Source of the DNA: Paraspadella gotoi
Taxonomy: Eukaryota; Animalia; Chaetognatha
DNA length: 64,000 bases
Direction of reading: 5' to 3'
Assembly (NCBI GenBank): GCA_051294375.1
Contig: CM119269.1
Coordinates: forward strand, 23,355,497 to 23,419,496
This document shows positions 48,396 through 62,585 of the stretch, in pieces. The notes beneath the pieces were generated by a model. That model made no database searches. It was not told the DNA's origin and saw nothing but the letters and a program-made list of their open reading frames with translations. Each line of letters starts with the position of its first letter. Position 1 is the first letter of the stretch. Both the position numbers and the translations under genes were made by a program.

Positions 48396-49629
48396 CGAGA
48401 GAGAGAGAGAGAGAGCGAGAGAGCGAGAAAAGGAGAGAGACATAAGAAGGGCGGGAAATGATATTAGAATGAATTAATGATTCGGAATTAATAAATAATT
48501 GATAAAAGCGTTTTACCTGTATGCACCATCTCAAGATATTCATTAAAAAAGACCCAAAGTTCCGATGCAAAGTTAAAAATGATAATCGTTTTCCCATGAG
48601 GACGTTTACCGATGCTTTTTTAATTCTGTAAGTTAGTTTTAAATACAATCGAATTAGTAAAAAGGTCATTACATCTGACTATTATTGTAGTGGACTTTTG
48701 TTCATAGTGGTAACATTGATAAAAACATTTATTATTTATTTATTGATAGAGTGATATCCATCCATCCTTTTCATCTATCCATCCGTATCCATTTATATAC
48801 AATACATCTATCCAATTCCTTCATTTCATTCGGATCTATCAATCTATCGATTCTATATTCCATCCAACTATCCAGTCCATCCATCAAATTTCCAATTATT
48901 GATCCTCATTCCAATCTATCCAATCCATCGATCCATCCGATTCCATCCCAATCCAACCCATCTATCCAATCCAATCTTAGTCCTACCGGTCTTCGTCGTC
49001 GCGTATCCAGCTACCCTATCCGTTTCTTCCTGTACAGACTCCACATTTTAGGAATGAAGAAAACTCCCTGCGACGTTAGACAATATTTGAAATTAACAGA
49101 CCATAATTATAACATTTGAATGAATATTCTATCAAACAACCGGCGGCGGTCGCATTCGTCATAGCGAGCGGGCGAGTTCCTTCTGAAGCGATTCCGCTAT
49201 TGTCGAAAATTTGAAGGAGGAAGAAACGACCCTGAAGTGTTGGAATGGGAAAGAGTAGAGAGGGGAGTGGTACTGGGTTAGCCATTTAAAATTAATTGAT
49301 TTAAAAGAATCTCTTCTCTTTACCTTAAAATTGGTCGACGAAATCTATTCAAGTAAGCTATCATGCCCTGACTTTGTACAGGCCATGCAGGCTTGAGGTC
49401 TTCATCCATCTTCTAAGTTAATTGAAAACAAGGACCCTGCAAGCTTTCCAATCGAGACTCTCTCCACTGTCAAACGAGACAGTGAGGAGAGTCACGCGCT
49501 AAAGAACCTGATTGCCTTATCAAAGAGAGTGGTAGGATTATTGAAGAACTCTTTCAATCATTATAAAATTGTTATCAAATAAGGAAAAATCTTTTTCTTT
49601 TCCACTCTAACTTCTCTCTCTCTCTGTCT

Positions 49630-49692
<63 letters not shown>

Positions 49693-52600
49693 TCTCTCTC
49701 TCTCTCACTTGAAGAAAGCGATGTAGAAAATAGAGGAGTAGTGAATAATTACGATATTGAAAGCAGAACATTGAGGGTGTAAGAATCTTCGAAATCTTTG
49801 TCCGTTTCTTCTGATTTTCTAATTCTGTTGAGTTTTACTGCTACGAAATCCGTTACAATCGACCGAGAATATGATAATATCAAATGATTGTGGCTGAAGT
49901 ACTGTGATTGACAACCTGAAGAGAAAAATATTTATTGCAACAAAGTTTCTCTTAATTTTCGTTATATTAATTTTAATAAATCTTATAGTCATTAATATTT
50001 TACATGTCCGCTAAGCATTGTGTTATTATTGATTTGGCACAAAAAATCTCTTCTCATTTTTAATTATCACTAATGACAGAACCAGACTCCCCTCTCACCT
50101 TCTTAATTATCATGGAATTGACAGAACAGCCTCCCTCTCAACCTTTGAATTATCATTATGACGACCAGCCACCCTTTCAACTTTGAAGTATCATTATTGA
50201 CAGACCAGCCTGGCTCTCACTTTGAATTATCATTAATGACAGGACCGCACCCTCTCAACTGTGAATTATCATATAGTGACAGACCAGCTCCCTCTTCCCT
50301 TTGAATTATCATTAATGGACAGACCAGCCACCCTCTCAACTTTAATTATCATAATGACAACCAGCCTCCCTTCAACTTGTGGAATTAGCATTAATGACAA
50401 CCAGCCTCCCTCTCACCTTTGAATTATCATTAATGACAGACCAGCCACCCTCTCAACTGCTGGAATTATGCATTAGTGACAGAACCCAGCCTCCCTCTCA
50501 CCTTTGAATTATCATTAGATGACAGACCAAGCCACCCTCTCAACTTTGAAATTTATTAAGACAAACCAAGCCTCCCTCTTCAACTGTGATTATCATTAAT
50601 GACAGACCAGCCTCCTCTCACCTTTGAATTATCATTAAAGACAGACCAGCCACCTCTTCAACTTTGAATTTATCATTAATGACAGACCAGCCTTCCCTCT
50701 CACCTTTGAATTATCATATAATGACCAGACCAGACCTCCCGCCGCCATTTCCAAAAAACGGCGCGCATAGAGACTCGATAGAAAAATGGATCCGTTATTG
50801 CGATGACGACGCAGAAAATGGGCAAACGCAAGGACCACGGTCAAACCCGGTGAAATATCTGCAAAGACATCAGTTCTTAGGCAATTTGCAGAATGTAAAA
50901 TTCAACAATCAATCATTCAAGTAATTTAATAAGGGAAAAATATCTATCAGAATATAAATTAATAATGAAAAAATTAAATTTAAACCTCGAGTCAATATTA
51001 AATCAACTCATGAATTAAAACTTGTGTGAAGCAATTACTCAATCCAACAAACGATTTAAATTATTAAATTATTTCAATCCAATAGGATCATATGAAACAA
51101 AAGCTTATTGAACAATAATAAATGAAATACTACTTGTTCCGATTCTTATCAACAATCAATTCAATCCATCAAACAATCATATATCAATTCATTCAATTAT
51201 TCTATAAATCAATCAATCAATCAATTTCACCTCGGAAACCTGGGCCATTTAGGAAAGTAAGGTCGACAAGCCCGTGATTGGGTTTTCTTCCTTGCTGTCC
51301 ACATTCGCTTCGAATTCTGTCCACGGGGTGAAGACTCATCAAAATTAATCTATGAGATCCCAGTCGAAGGCGAGAGTCGCTTGGCGTCGTTTCCCAGAAT
51401 TCGAGAAATAGGATTTGGACCACATGGCCATACCTTATGGAGAAGGGATTAAACGGACTTGGAAAAGTCCTATCCGCAACTTCTTTACCCCCGCGGAGCC
51501 AGCCAGGGACGGGTCTTGGGCTTCGGACCAGTCCTTGAGGGTTTTTTCAGGCCCCCCAAGGCGGTTTAACGGCCGTCCTCACGCTTCGCGCAAGGTTGGC
51601 ACCGGCCGGGTATCGATCTCGTACCTGATGTTGGTCATGAACTAAAGGTATTACTCTAATCAGCACGGGGTGGACGATCTGAAGGGGTTCATTCTTTATA
51701 GGCGGGGGAACTTATTGCAATTTTCGCGACAACATACCGAAGCAATTACGGACTGTGATTTCGTATCCACCAGGTAAGTGATCTTGGAAGTAGAGACAGC
51801 TTGGGTAGAAGAAGTGTTCAGGCGAGCGGATATTAGGACAGGAGACAGTTTATATTAGTATTGGACAATTTATCTTCTTTTTCTAGTGTTTATTTTGTTT
51901 TAAAATTAATTTAAAAGTAGAATAAACCTAGGCGAGAATTCTATTATTGTGAAACAAGACAATTGGAAATGATATAATAATAATGATATGATATTAATAT
52001 TAAATTTAATTAATTGAATTAATTTAAAATTAAAATTGATAATTAAATGTAAATACATAGTGAATAAGGCGTAGTAAATTTCTAAATTAAACTTTAATTA
52101 AAATTCTAAAAGTGAGGATATTAACAACATCGGTAGTACTAATAACATTTATGTAATAAAAAAAATTTATAATAATTTTTTACAATTTACGCAGTAGCCA
52201 TATTTATACTAGTACTAATCAAATAAATATTAAAATGTTCAAAACAGGTTTTTTCTAAAATTTTTTTTGCTGATTTGGCATTCGTCATAAAAAAGTTGAT
52301 AAAAAGAAATATAACTCTTTTTTGAAAAATTCCTTCATAAGTGGGTCAAAAATTAAAAAAAGCTATATTTTTAAGCCTGAAAATTAACTTTTTAATATTT
52401 AAATTTTAAGGGTGTTTTTTTTTAATTTTTAACCCACTTAATGAAAAGAATTTTTTAAAATGATTTATATTTTCTTTTATCAACTTTTGACGGAGGAATT
52501 CAAATCTGCAATCAAAATTAAGAAAAGCATATTTTGAAATTTTTCGATTTTATAAGGATAGTACTATATATAAAATATAGCCTACTGCGAAAATTAAAAA

Positions 52601-55600
52601 CACATAAATTAATTTTTACATTATTAGATATTCTACTGATGGTATTGTTGTTCATAATGACATTTAGAATTTCGTATGTAACTTCACTACGTCTTAATAG
52701 TGAAATATATAATTAAATGTAATCATAGTAATCTTGTAATTTTTCATAGTAATGGGCGAAATAACCATGTTAAGAATATTTACAAAATATTTTATAAACT
52801 TGATAACATTTTTAGCACCCTGTTGACGAGCGGCCCAAAAGTTACAGTAAGCGTTCTCTACATTTGGAGATTGTCATCTCCCAAATCCTCCGCCCCGGCG
52901 GGGCGCTCTAAGGGGCGGCACCCAGGGGGCAGACTATTCCAGGGGGCAGCCAAAATGGTCATTCAGGGCGCCCCCTCTGGATTTGCCTCAGGGGCCGCCC
53001 CAGGGGGTTCCCCCTGGGGCCAAACATTTTGAGGTCTATTAGGGGCGCCCCTAATGCTTAGCCCCCTGGGGCCAAAAAAAGTCTGCCCCCTGGGGTAACC
53101 CCTTGGGGAGCAAAAACTGCTCCCCCAGGGGCGAAGTTAAAGACGAGAGCAAAGGTTTTAGATGAGAAAATATACTTCTGACTTATGTTATATATCTGAG
53201 AATATCTCCTGTCTGTTACTCTCTCTTTTCTCTCCTTTTTCTTTTTCTCTCTCTCTTTTTCTCTTCTCTCTCTTTTTCTCTTCATCTTTCTTTTTCTCTC
53301 TCTCTCTTTTTTTCTCTCTATAGATTCTTTTTTTTTCTCTCTACAAGACTTGTTTTATGCAACTGAATTAAATATACATATTTTCAAAATTATTGTTTAC
53401 TCATTTATTCCATATTTATCTAAAAATATAATATTGTATTTTTAACCCAATTATTTTAATTTCAGTTAAAAGATATAGAAACAAGTTTTAACAAACAATG
53501 TAGGACGTAGCCACCACCAAAATTTAATGGTAAAAAAGCTAATCAGTCATTTCTCTTCTTTTTTTGTCTTTTTTATCTTTCTTTTTTTAATTTTTTTTTC
53601 TTTTTGTTGGAGGACATAACTGCATAGACTGATAGAGAGACATAATTAAAAAAAAATATTTCATAATTTGATGTTTAAAAAGAAATTAAATAAATCACTA
53701 ACAACAAATTAATGGGTAGTGACTGACAAGACCTACTTAGTGAATTATGGAGTCCCCCCCAAAAAAACAAATAAAAAACTATTCATTAACACGTAAACGA
53801 GTTCTACATCGCTAAAATTAAATTTTATTTTATTTAAGATTTGTTAATTAATAATCGTCAGTTGTGATGCTTAAATGGAACTCACGTTGTTAAGAGAGGC
53901 TGGGGACATTTGAGAGAGAGAGTGAGCAAAACTTTATATCTCGCTCAATCACATACTTTTTCTACCCACACAAAAATTTATTCCAATCATCGTATTAATC
54001 ACGAATAATTGGAGTTAATGCTAATATGGATGCGACTGATATTAATTAATTAAATCATATAAATATTTTTTAATTAATTATTTTTTATAGTGAATTAAAA
54101 AATTAAAACCATCCTACTCTTTATTCTATAAAATGTTTAAGATAAAATTTTGTGTGTGCGGTTAGAAAAATGAAAGTAAGTTTTAAATGGAAAAACAAAA
54201 TTACTTTACTTGAACATTTATTAAAAAATCTTTTTTGCACTCTATTTCTCTCTTCTTTTTTTAATTTCTATCGGATAAAATTATTAATGAGCTTAATTGT
54301 TTAAGGTTGATTTGTTGGACAAATTAATTAATTTGACCAAATTATCCAATTGTTCCAAATTATCCTAGTTGACCAAATTATGCAAAGGGTGACCAAAATA
54401 TGACTGTTGACTAAATTAAGCAAATTAACCATTTATACCAGTTGACCATTTATGCCAATTGACAAAGCTATGAAATTGACCAAAATTATGCAAGTCGACC
54501 AATTATGCGAGTTGATTTTTAATTATGCAAATGATTAAATTATGAAAGTTTACCAAATATTGAAAGTTTACCAAATTATGAAATTTACCAAATTATTAAA
54601 GTTTACCAAATTATAAAAAGTTTAGCCAATTATGAAGGTTAAACTAAATTAAAACAAGTTAACTAAATTATAAAAAAATTACCAAAATTATAAAAGTTTA
54701 CCAAATTATAAAAAGTTTACCAAATTTTTAAAAAGTTGATTAAATTTATATCAGTTTGACCAATTTATGTCAGTTGACCAAATTATGTTCAATTGACTAA
54801 ATTATGCAAGGTGACCAAATTATGCAAGTTGGTATTGGGTGCAGCTATTGTTCATTGATTGATAATTGAAGTGAAAAATAATTATTTTTTATTTTTATAT
54901 TTTATGTAATGAAAGATGAAAATAGAAAAATAGATAGAGAAAGAGAGAGAAAGAGAGGGAAGAGAGTAGAGAGAGAGATAGGAGGCGAGAGAGAGCCGTT
55001 CCAGGGGCAGGAAAATCCATTCCCCTGGGGTATCCCCAGGGTGGCAAGGTTTTTATTAGCCCCTGGGGGATTCCCCCTGGAGTGGCCCGTTGGGGCTCCA
55101 AAAAAGAGGCTACAGGGGGCCGTCCCTAGGCGGTAAGGATTTGCCTGCCCCTCGGGGCCGCCCGCGGAGCCACCCGCGGGGCCGCCCCCAGCACCGCCCC
55201 GGGGGAAGCGATTCTGAAGGAGACATTACCTTGCATTGTGGACACCATGACTATTATTGCCATCAACCGAAACGTTGCAAATATCTTTGGTTGGATAGTT
55301 TATCATGCATTGTCGTTGCACCTAGTAGATAGTAGCAATGATTCCCGCGAGAGCCACTTGGCCACCAGAAACGCAGTGTAAAAAGTCCCAACCAGGAAAA
55401 TAAATGGCGTTTTTTCTCCAAAGTGAAAAACGAATTAAATGTAGGTTGTTGTTTGTAGAATTGAGAAAAATCTTCCCATTGATTGTTAGAGGCTGCTGTC
55501 GGTCTGGAATGCTAGAGAGAAGTAGGAAGAAAAACAAAAAGAACCAGCAGATGAATTTAAAAGATATTTGTACAAAAAGGTGAATTAAAAACTTTAAATA

Positions 55601-58396
55601 AATAATATAAAAACGAATCACCAAAATATAACACGTGACTTGACTCAGTAAATTAATAAAAATAAAAAAAAAGAATGTGGCTTGACTCACCAGATATGAA
55701 AGTAGTAGTTTTCAAGCGTTTATTTCTTTTAATTCTTGCAAAATAAAACAAATGTATACAAAACACAAATTGTGGACTAAGTTAAGCAGAGGTTACATGT
55801 ATTTTTACTTAAAGCTATTCTTTATCTTTTTATTTACCTTCCATAACATTTTCTGTTTCTCAACTAAATTGCTTTTGCTAAAAAAATAAAAAAAATTAAA
55901 AAATTGTAGCCAATTAATATCGGACATCAATAACTACTAATAGAAATTACTTCTAATTTTGTCATCAAAATTTACTCTTCATCCTATTTTTCACGCTTCT
56001 TTCTCCCTTTTAAATACAAATTTAATCTCTCTCTTCTCCTCTCTCCCTCTCTCTCTCTTACTCTCTCTACCTCTTCATCTCTCTCTGTCTAACCTCAATG
56101 ATATGCTTGCAGCGTTAGAATTTGTCTCGTCTTTCTCATACGTTCTTCCATCGTGCAAAGGATAAAGCAGCGGAAATAAACGTTTTTGCTTTCAGAAGGT
56201 GGATCAATCCCAATTTTCGTTCTCTGTGTAGTTGGGGAACAAACAGTTGTTAATAATTAAGAAGAGAAAAACATTACCATTCTGGTTCCCTTATCTAAGA
56301 TAAAAGGATTCTTTTTTACCCCAGCCCATGTTCATTTTTAGTTATTCTAACCACCAGTTTAATTACTTGTGTCAAACTATCCAGGCTTAAACTTCTCAAC
56401 TAACCCTTTCACCCACTTTTTAACCATAACTAGGCCATAGCCGATGAAATTTAAATGGCTAATGCATTACAGCGTTAAAATAATCTATCATGTCATTAGA
56501 ATTATGGTATAAATATTTTTGTTCAAAAATTGCTTTCTTTCTGAGGGTACTCGCCCTAATTAAAATATAATATTACTATATGAGCAAAAAATATTTTTTT
56601 AAAATCTTAAAATTTTTTGATGGATTCTGATAGAGCATAAAAAAGTTAAAACAGAGAAATATAATTACAGCTTTTAAAAATTCATACCGTTTCTAAGTGA
56701 AAATATAAAAAAACTGATAAAATCATCGAAAGATGATGATGATGATGATTTTTTACAGTTTTTCTTATTTTTGACCACACTTATCGTAAAAATATTTAAA
56801 AAAGAATCATACTTTGTGTAGACAACTTTTTATGAGCTATCTGAATCTGGTCTTAAAATTTTTAAAATTCAAAAAAAAATTTTTGGCCTTTCCTATCTAT
56901 AAATAAATATTAAAAAATTAATTACTAGGGTTATAGAGCCATATTAGAAATTTTTGGGTCCATTTGAAAATTTTCTTAAAAATGTCTAAATATTCGTTTG
57001 AGCATGTACTCACTCAAATTTTTGACTCACCCCATTGAGTGCGGCTACCCCTACCATAACAATCTTTTTAAGCATCCATTAACCACCCTTTAACCACCCA
57101 ATAACCACCAAATTTAACCTCCTTTCCTCTTCGTAAGCGCTCTCTTGCCAAGTGTCGTAAGTGAGACGACTTCTTTGAGCAGAAGAGAAAACGTCTCTTT
57201 ATTTTCGATTCTAAAAATTCCATTTTCGAACCGATTGAAGGCGCAAGTGTAGAAATCCGGCGGCTTCCGATACGACTGCTGTCGACGCGGAACGGCTGCG
57301 TCATCTTAGTCCAGAGGCTCGTCGAGATGCGCCCGAGAAATTCTCGTCGTCGTCGTCTTCGTCGTCCGCACGGATCGGCATTTTTAGCGGGACTTTGTGG
57401 GAAAAATGGGAAGGGAGATAAAATCCAACCAATCAATCCAACCAATCAATCCAACCAATCAATCGATCGATCATTTTAAGGCGGGACTTTTTGGGGAGAA
57501 ATGGGAAGGGAGATATATCCAACCAATCAATCCAACCAATCAATCAATCGATAATTTTAAGGCGGACTTTTGGGGGGAAAATGGGAAGGAGATAAATCCA
57601 ACTAATCAATCCACACCAATCAATCAATCGATCATTTTAAGGCGGGACTTTTTGGGGGGAAATGGGGAGATAAATCCAACCAATCAATTCCAACCAATCA
57701 ATCAATCGATCATTTTAAGGCAGGACTTTTTGGGGGAAAATGGGAAGCGGAGATAAATCCAACCATTCAATCCAACCATCAATCAATCGATCATTTTAAG
57801 GCGGGACTTTTTGGGGGAAAATGGGAAGAGAGATAAATCCAACCAATAAAATCCAACAATCAATCGATCGATCCAACCAACTCACCATTTCCGCTCTTAA
57901 ACACAAGACGTCCAAGGGGCGTGGACTTTAACAAATGTGGTCTTCGTCGTCGACCGTCGTCGCGGGAGCGACCGTTTCCCAACTCGAGACCAAATTCTTC
58001 CTTCAAGGAACATTCGAAGGTCGACCTTCGTTGTTGTGCTTTGACTTCTGCTTCGTCGTAGTCTGCACCTGTCTACAGGAGGAGATGCAGGAGGGGATGC
58101 AGGAGGGGATGCAGTTTGGTTAATTAAGAGAATTAAGATTAGAGACAGTTTGAGTTTAGTTTTGAACAACGATTTTTATTTTAATTCAAAAACGACATGT
58201 TTCGGCTTCATTTCAAGCCTTCATCAGCATTAGTGAACTTTGAAATATTTTTTGTTGTAAAGGAAGAGATGAAAGAGAGATAAACAGAGAGAGAGAGAGA
58301 GAGAGAGGGCAAAGTTCCAACACAGAGTTTAGAAAGGACAGTGGTCAATTGGTGAGAAAAAGGACAGAGTAAGTTGTGAAAAGAAGGTAAATGGTG

Positions 58397-58435
<39 letters not shown>

Positions 58436-58702
58436 CATGGCAAAATCTTTACATTGTGTAATGTATAACAATAGAAAACGTTGTCAAAACTTAAACTCAA
58501 ACTGTCTCTCTAATCGTCCCAAACAACGAAAAAGAAAGGATTTATATCACAATGTTCAGAGAATTAAGATTAAAACCAATAGAACTTTCTTAGCTAACCC
58601 TACTCACTTTTACTTCATAAGCCAAAATGAAATCGATTCTCCGAATTCCGTCCTCAAAATAAAGTTATGCACCTGAGATTAAAAATGAAAAATTTAGGAT
58701 TT

Positions 58703-58748
<46 letters not shown>

Positions 58749-59382
58749 GTCTCTCTCTCTCTATCTTTGAACCACTCTGAAATCCGGTTCCTCCTTCTCT
58801 CTCTCTCTCCCTCTTTTCCCCCCTCTCTCTATCTTTTTCTCTCTCTCTCCAATGACGCATTTTGGTTCCTTTATCTCTCTTCTCTCTCTCTCTCTCTCTC
58901 TCTCGTCGTCTCACTCTTCTCTCTCTTTCTTTCTTCCTTTCTCAGCTCTTTCCTTCTCAACCCCTCCTCCCCTCTCTCTTTCTCCCTTCCTCCCTTCTCT
59001 TTCTCCCTCTCCTCCCCCCCGTCTCACTCGTCCTCCTCTCGTCCCCTCTCTCTCACCTCTACTTCTCTGTCTCTTCTCTCACGACTCCTCGAAATTCCTG
59101 TCCCATCCATCTCTGGCGTAGAAATTTCTCCTCGGGGCGAGTCGACTCGTTTATCTTGTCGGAGCGGCGCACGTCGTGCGCGATTCGTAGCAGGTTGACG
59201 ATCTGCATCTGTTTCGTCGGTCTGTCCATCGGATTGGCGGGTATGGGCATCGAAACCGAGAGAGGCAGGGTCGTCGAGCGGGGCACTGGGGCGGGCAACA
59301 GGAGCGGGCGAAGGAGCGGCGACTCTGCTGCAAGCGAAGGACGCGTTTGTTTCGCCCTAATCCTTCGAAACCCAATTTCCAT
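48210..59382 (-). CDS. Anoctamin (TMEM16) family Ca-activated channel/scramblase; 3' end lost at the gap
   Basis: After allowing for indels, exons give YFEDGIRRIDFILAY (~58640), FVKVHAPW (~57920), LHDG (~56150), EKNAIYF (~55410), CPQC (~55235), LFLEFWKRRQATLAFDWDL (~51380), DFEDSYTL...SIFYIAFFK (~49750), YDEC..AGCLIE (~49140), NEYLEMVIQ (~48530), FGFV...AFPLAPVFA..NIIEIR (~48270). Confidence 0.9.
50065..50735 (-). repeat. 40-bp minisatellite made of an anoctamin exon end plus donor, with alternating unit variants
   Basis: Unit GGGAGGCTGGTCTGTCATTAATGATAATTCAAAG|GTGAGA, about 16 copies; GGTGAG and GTTGAG variants roughly alternate; inferred donor at ~50703. Confidence 0.85.
51436..51734 (-). 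mobile_element. Family A element forming nearly the whole of an anoctamin intron
   Basis: Minus strand: exon TTCG|GTA-[TGTTGTCG...TTGCAATAAGTTCCCCCGCCTATAA...CCTTCTCCATA]-AG|GTATGGCCATGTGG exon. Confidence 0.75.
52893..55202. mobile_element. Non-autonomous DNA transposon with long GC-rich subterminal inverted repeats (hAT-like)
   Basis: 52893-53135 (GGGGCGGCACCCAGGGGGC motifs) mirrors ~54995-55202; AT-rich interior with an 18-bp (GTTGACCAAATTATGCAA) array at ~54310-54830; lies in an anoctamin intron. Confidence 0.6.
58142..58557 (-). mobile_element. Penelope-like insertion with 15-bp target-site duplication
   Basis: AGAGAATTAAGATTA at 58127-58141 and 58558-58572; inverted repeat 58141-58171 / 58479-58509; empty site visible at ~63375-63390. 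Confidence 0.85.
58194..58227 (-). ncRNA. Minimal hammerhead ribozyme motif
   Basis: Minus strand CTGATGA-A-GGCTT-gaaatg-AAGCC-GAAA-CATGTC. Confidence 0.8.
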
Positions 59383-60988
59383 TTTTTGGAGCATTTAACA
59401 AATTTGAATAATTAGCATTTCTGATAAAAAAAAATAAGATTTGTGGATTACTGGATTACTGGTACCAACCATTAATGTTCATGACTTTGGACACGCTATG
59501 TTACGGCCTGTTTATGAAATTGGTACAACCAATATAAAAATTATACATTCATTTAATAAATAAGCTAATCTTGCCCCTGACTTTGGACAGGCTTTGGTGG
59601 TTTAAGGCCTACATCACTCTTACAAGAAAAAGATACATAGCATATTTTTAATTTCCATGGTTTTAATCTGAAATTTGATATAAATTAAAATTACAGAGCA
59701 AAAATCTTATTTGCATATTGCGGTGTCTGCAGAGTCAAAATAATTGTTACTAATTTGCGGTAAAATTATTTCATCATTCAAATAACGTTAGCTTTTTGTT
59801 ATTCTTTTATGATATTTTATTATTTTAAATTATTAATATTTTTCTGTTAATCTTATTATTACTTATTATTTCTCAAATGTCCCGTACTCTAATCAATTCA
59901 AATAGTTTTTTTTAATCCTCACTGATTTTTTTAGATTAGGATTTATTCGCGTTCATTTATTCACGCTTTTCATTTCTTGGGAAAGTCACTTGGTGACTTC
60001 ATAGCAATTGTTCATTTTCTTTTTTGTATATATCAAATATTATGTCGTTGTCCATGTTATGGTTATGTTTTAACGTACAATATGTAATGGGTATTGTTAA
60101 TGTGTTAATGGTGATTTATTTTAAAGATTGAGATAGAGTTTATTCCAATTATCATTTACATATTGTTGCAGTTTTAGATCATTTCTCATATCTTTTAATA
60201 CGGTTTTCATGAGAAGTCTTATTTTACTATACTTTACTATTCTTTACTTTATAATACTTTTAATAGGGTTTAATAATATTGCCCCCGTCCTGTTATGGTA
60301 CGGTTAAAAATAAATTATTTTCTTGGTTTAGAAACACTTATAATTAATTTATTACATTAATTTTTTTTTTTTAGTTAATAAAGAAAATTTACGCCAACAA
60401 AAATACTTACCTTTGTTATCGAAATCAATTCTTCTTCAATGTACATGATGAGAACGATTTTATTGTTACTGTGTGGTTAATTATTGTTACTTTTTAAAGT
60501 TCAACATATAAAATAACTTTGTTTATTCGATTGTAATGAGTTAAACTAGTTTTATGAATAAAATCCCAGATGACATGAATCGTGTTGAGAAGTTGGTATT
60601 AGATATACTGTTTTGATATTTTTAAAAGTCTCCAAGATGTGAAACTGAAATTTTATTAATTATGAAGATTGTTTTAATTTTTATTATAAAAATGTATGCA
60701 TTGAATTATAACAAAAAAGTCATTTCGATATTTTATTTATTCAGTTGCGGTTAGAATAAAAAAGAATGAAATTTTGTTCAAAACGTTAAACATTAGGCGC
60801 CTTATTTAGTTAACTAACCGAAAACAATGATTTTAAAACTTTTTTAAAAAAATATTTCGTGGCGGACGAGACTAAAAATTTGAAAGCAGCAACGAGTCTC
60901 TCATGAATCATCGTAACTAACAAGAGAAAAAACCGTGGGAAAAGTATAAAGAGGAGAGAGAGAGAGAGGCAAGAGAGAAGAGGAGAGG

Positions 60989-61033
<45 letters not shown>

Positions 61034-62585
61034 AGACTACGGTTTTTTCTCTTGTTTAGTTACGATGATTCATGAGAGACTCGTTGCTGCTTTCAAATTT
61101 CTAGTCTCGTCCGCCACGAAATATTTTTTTAAAAAAGTTTTAAAATCATTGTTTTCGGTTAGTTAACTAAATAAGGCGCCTAATGTTTAACGTTTTGAAC
61201 AAATTTCATTCTTTTTTATTCTAACCGCAACTGAAATAAATAAAATATCGAAATGACTTTTTGTTATAATTCAATGCATACATTTTTATAATAAAAATTA
61301 AACAACTCTTCATAATTATAAAATTTCAGTTCACATCTTGGAGACTTTTAAAAATATCAAAACAGTATATCTAATACCAACTTCTCAACACGATTCATGT
61401 CATCTGGGATTTTATTCATAAACTAGTTTAACTCATTACAATCGAATAAACAAAGTTATTTTATATGTTGAACTTAAAAAGTAAACAATAATTAACCACA
61501 CAGTAACAATAAAATCGTTCTCATCATGTTACATTGAAGAAGAATTGATTTCGATAACAAAGGTAAGTATTTTTGTTGGCGTGAATTTTCTTTATTAAAC
61601 TAAAAAAAAAAAAATTAATGTAATAAATTAATATAAGTGTTTCTAAACCCAAGAAAATAATTTATTTTTACCGTACCATAACAGGACGGGGGCAATATTA
61701 TTAAACCCTATTAAAAGTATTATAAAGTAAAGAATAGTAAAGTATAGTAAAATAAGACTTCTATGAAAACCGTATTAAAAGATATGAGAAATGATCTAAA
61801 CTGCAACAATATGTAAATGATATTGAATAACTCTATCTCAATCTTTAAAATAAATCACCATTAACACATTAACAATACCCATTACATATTGTACGTTAAA
61901 ACATAACCATAACATGGACAACGACATAATATTTGATATATACAAAAAAGAAAATGAACAAATTGCTATGAAGTCACCAAGTGACTTTCCCAAGAAATGA
62001 AAAGCGTGAATAAATGAACGCGAATAAATCCTAATCTAAAAAAATCAGTGAGGATTAAAAAAAACTATTTGAATTGATTAGAGTACGGACATTTGAGAAA
62101 TAATAAGTAATAATAAGATTAACAGAAAAATATTAATAATTTAAAATATAAAATATCATAAAAGAATAACAAAAAGCTAACGTTATTTATGAATGATGAA
62201 ATAATTTTACCGCAAATTAGTAAACAATTATTTTGACTCTGCAGACACCGCAATATGCAAATAAGATTTTTGCTCTGTAATTTAATTTATTCAAATTTCA
62301 GATTAAAACCATGAAATTAAAATATGCTATGTCTTTTTCTTGTAAGAGTGATGTAGGCTTAAACCACCAAAGCCTGTCCAAAGTCAGGGGCAAGATAGCT
62401 TATTTATTAAATGAATGTATAATTTTTATATTGGTTGTACCAATTTCATAAACAGGCCGTAACATAGCGTGTCCAAAGTCATGAACATTAAAATGGTTGT
62501 ACCAAGTAATCCAAGTAATCCACAAATCTTAATTTTTTTTAATCAGAAATGCTAATTATTAAATTTGTTAAATGCTCACAGAAAA

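Noticed and set aside
48210-56350. Anoctamin as a pseudogene because of frameshifts
   Set aside because: Indels are scattered as in the surrounding noisy sequence while motifs and splice sites are kept; sequencing error is more likely.
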